Shown: piece after piece, positions 63,380-64,000 of the stretch | Numbering within the stretch: the first letter of the stretch is position 1 | How the letters are laid out: each line of letters starts with the position of its first letter | Source of the DNA: Octopus bimaculoides | Taxonomy: Eukaryota | Direction of reading: 5' to 3' | DNA: 64,000 nucleotides | Assembly: GCF_001194135.2 (NCBI RefSeq) | Contig: NC_068983.1 | Span: forward strand, 159,949,541 to 160,013,540 | Position numbers and translations under genes: made by a program | The notes under the pieces: generated by a model | The model's input: only the letters and a program-made list of their open reading frames with translations | What the model was told of the DNA's origin: nothing | Databases searched by the model: none

Positions 63380-63887
63380 TTAGATGGACGCAAACATTCA
63401 TACATTTGTATACATATGTACACACATGTATATATTATACAATACATATTGTATATACATGTATGCCATATATGTGTGCGTGTATACACACACACACACA
63501 CACAAATACAGACTCACTCACATACGCACACACCCATATATGTGCCTGTTTGCCTGTTTATATGTATGTATCATGGTACTGCTTGCAGCGATAGTAACAA
63601 GTTTAATACGCTTTACAATAAACCACCAGGTCAGTACAAAGAGTAATTTCAATTAAATGTATACATATACATACATAAATATACACGCACTAACACATAA
63701 TACATACATGTGTGTGTGTGTGCGTGTGTGTATGCATACATACACATACAATTATATATATATGTGAGTATAGACAGATAAATGAACAGATAGATAAATT
63801 GAGAGATTAATAGGTACAGAGATAGATGGACAGGTACATTGGTAGATAGCCAGGTAGATAGGTAAATAGATAGATAGATAGAGAGAG

Positions 63888-63947
<60 letters not shown>

Positions 63948-64000
63948 GCACACGCATTCATACATACATGAATACACGCATACATACATACATACATACA
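63380..64000. repeat. TA/CA/TG-rich tracts and (AGAT)n microsatellite
   Basis: Read directly; (AGAT)n at about 63860-63947. Confidence 0.9.

Noticed and set aside
2314-64000. Dozens of track ORFs rich in HT, CV, YI, LS, RE, poly-L, poly-T or poly-X
   Set aside because: They are translations of dinucleotide, trinucleotide or tetranucleotide microsatellites and N gaps, not genes.
1-64000. CRISPR array, rRNA, operon-like or prokaryotic systems
   Set aside because: No regularly spaced direct repeats with unique spacers, no rRNA-like sequence and no gene-dense region; the window is eukaryotic repeat-rich DNA.

Overview
Eukaryotic, very AT-rich (non-coding-looking) window from a draft assembly with 12 N-gaps, dense in microsatellites and decayed transposons. 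The SINE families and the repeat landscape look like those of an octopus (coleoid cephalopod) genome; this is recalled, not searched. I found no host protein-coding gene, intact tRNA/rRNA or CRISPR array. Nearly all ORFs in the supplied track are microsatellite read-throughs or transposon remnants. Recognisable elements: a full-length decayed DD37D (maT) Tc1/mariner, a little-decayed DD34D Hsmar1-like mariner, three Penelope-like elements (PLEs), a Dong/R4-type LINE, L1/Tx1, CR1-type and RTE LINE fragments, a probable hAT relic, four tRNA-derived SINE families, a foldback element and a MITE-like hairpin. The best lead is a tRNA-headed SINE-like element carrying a minimal hammerhead ribozyme (HHR) core of the PLE type, present as a head-to-head inverted dimer (39278-39791). 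A second, decayed HHR lies in the 3' repeat of the PLE at 5890-8045. Coordinates were read by eye and may be off by several bases.
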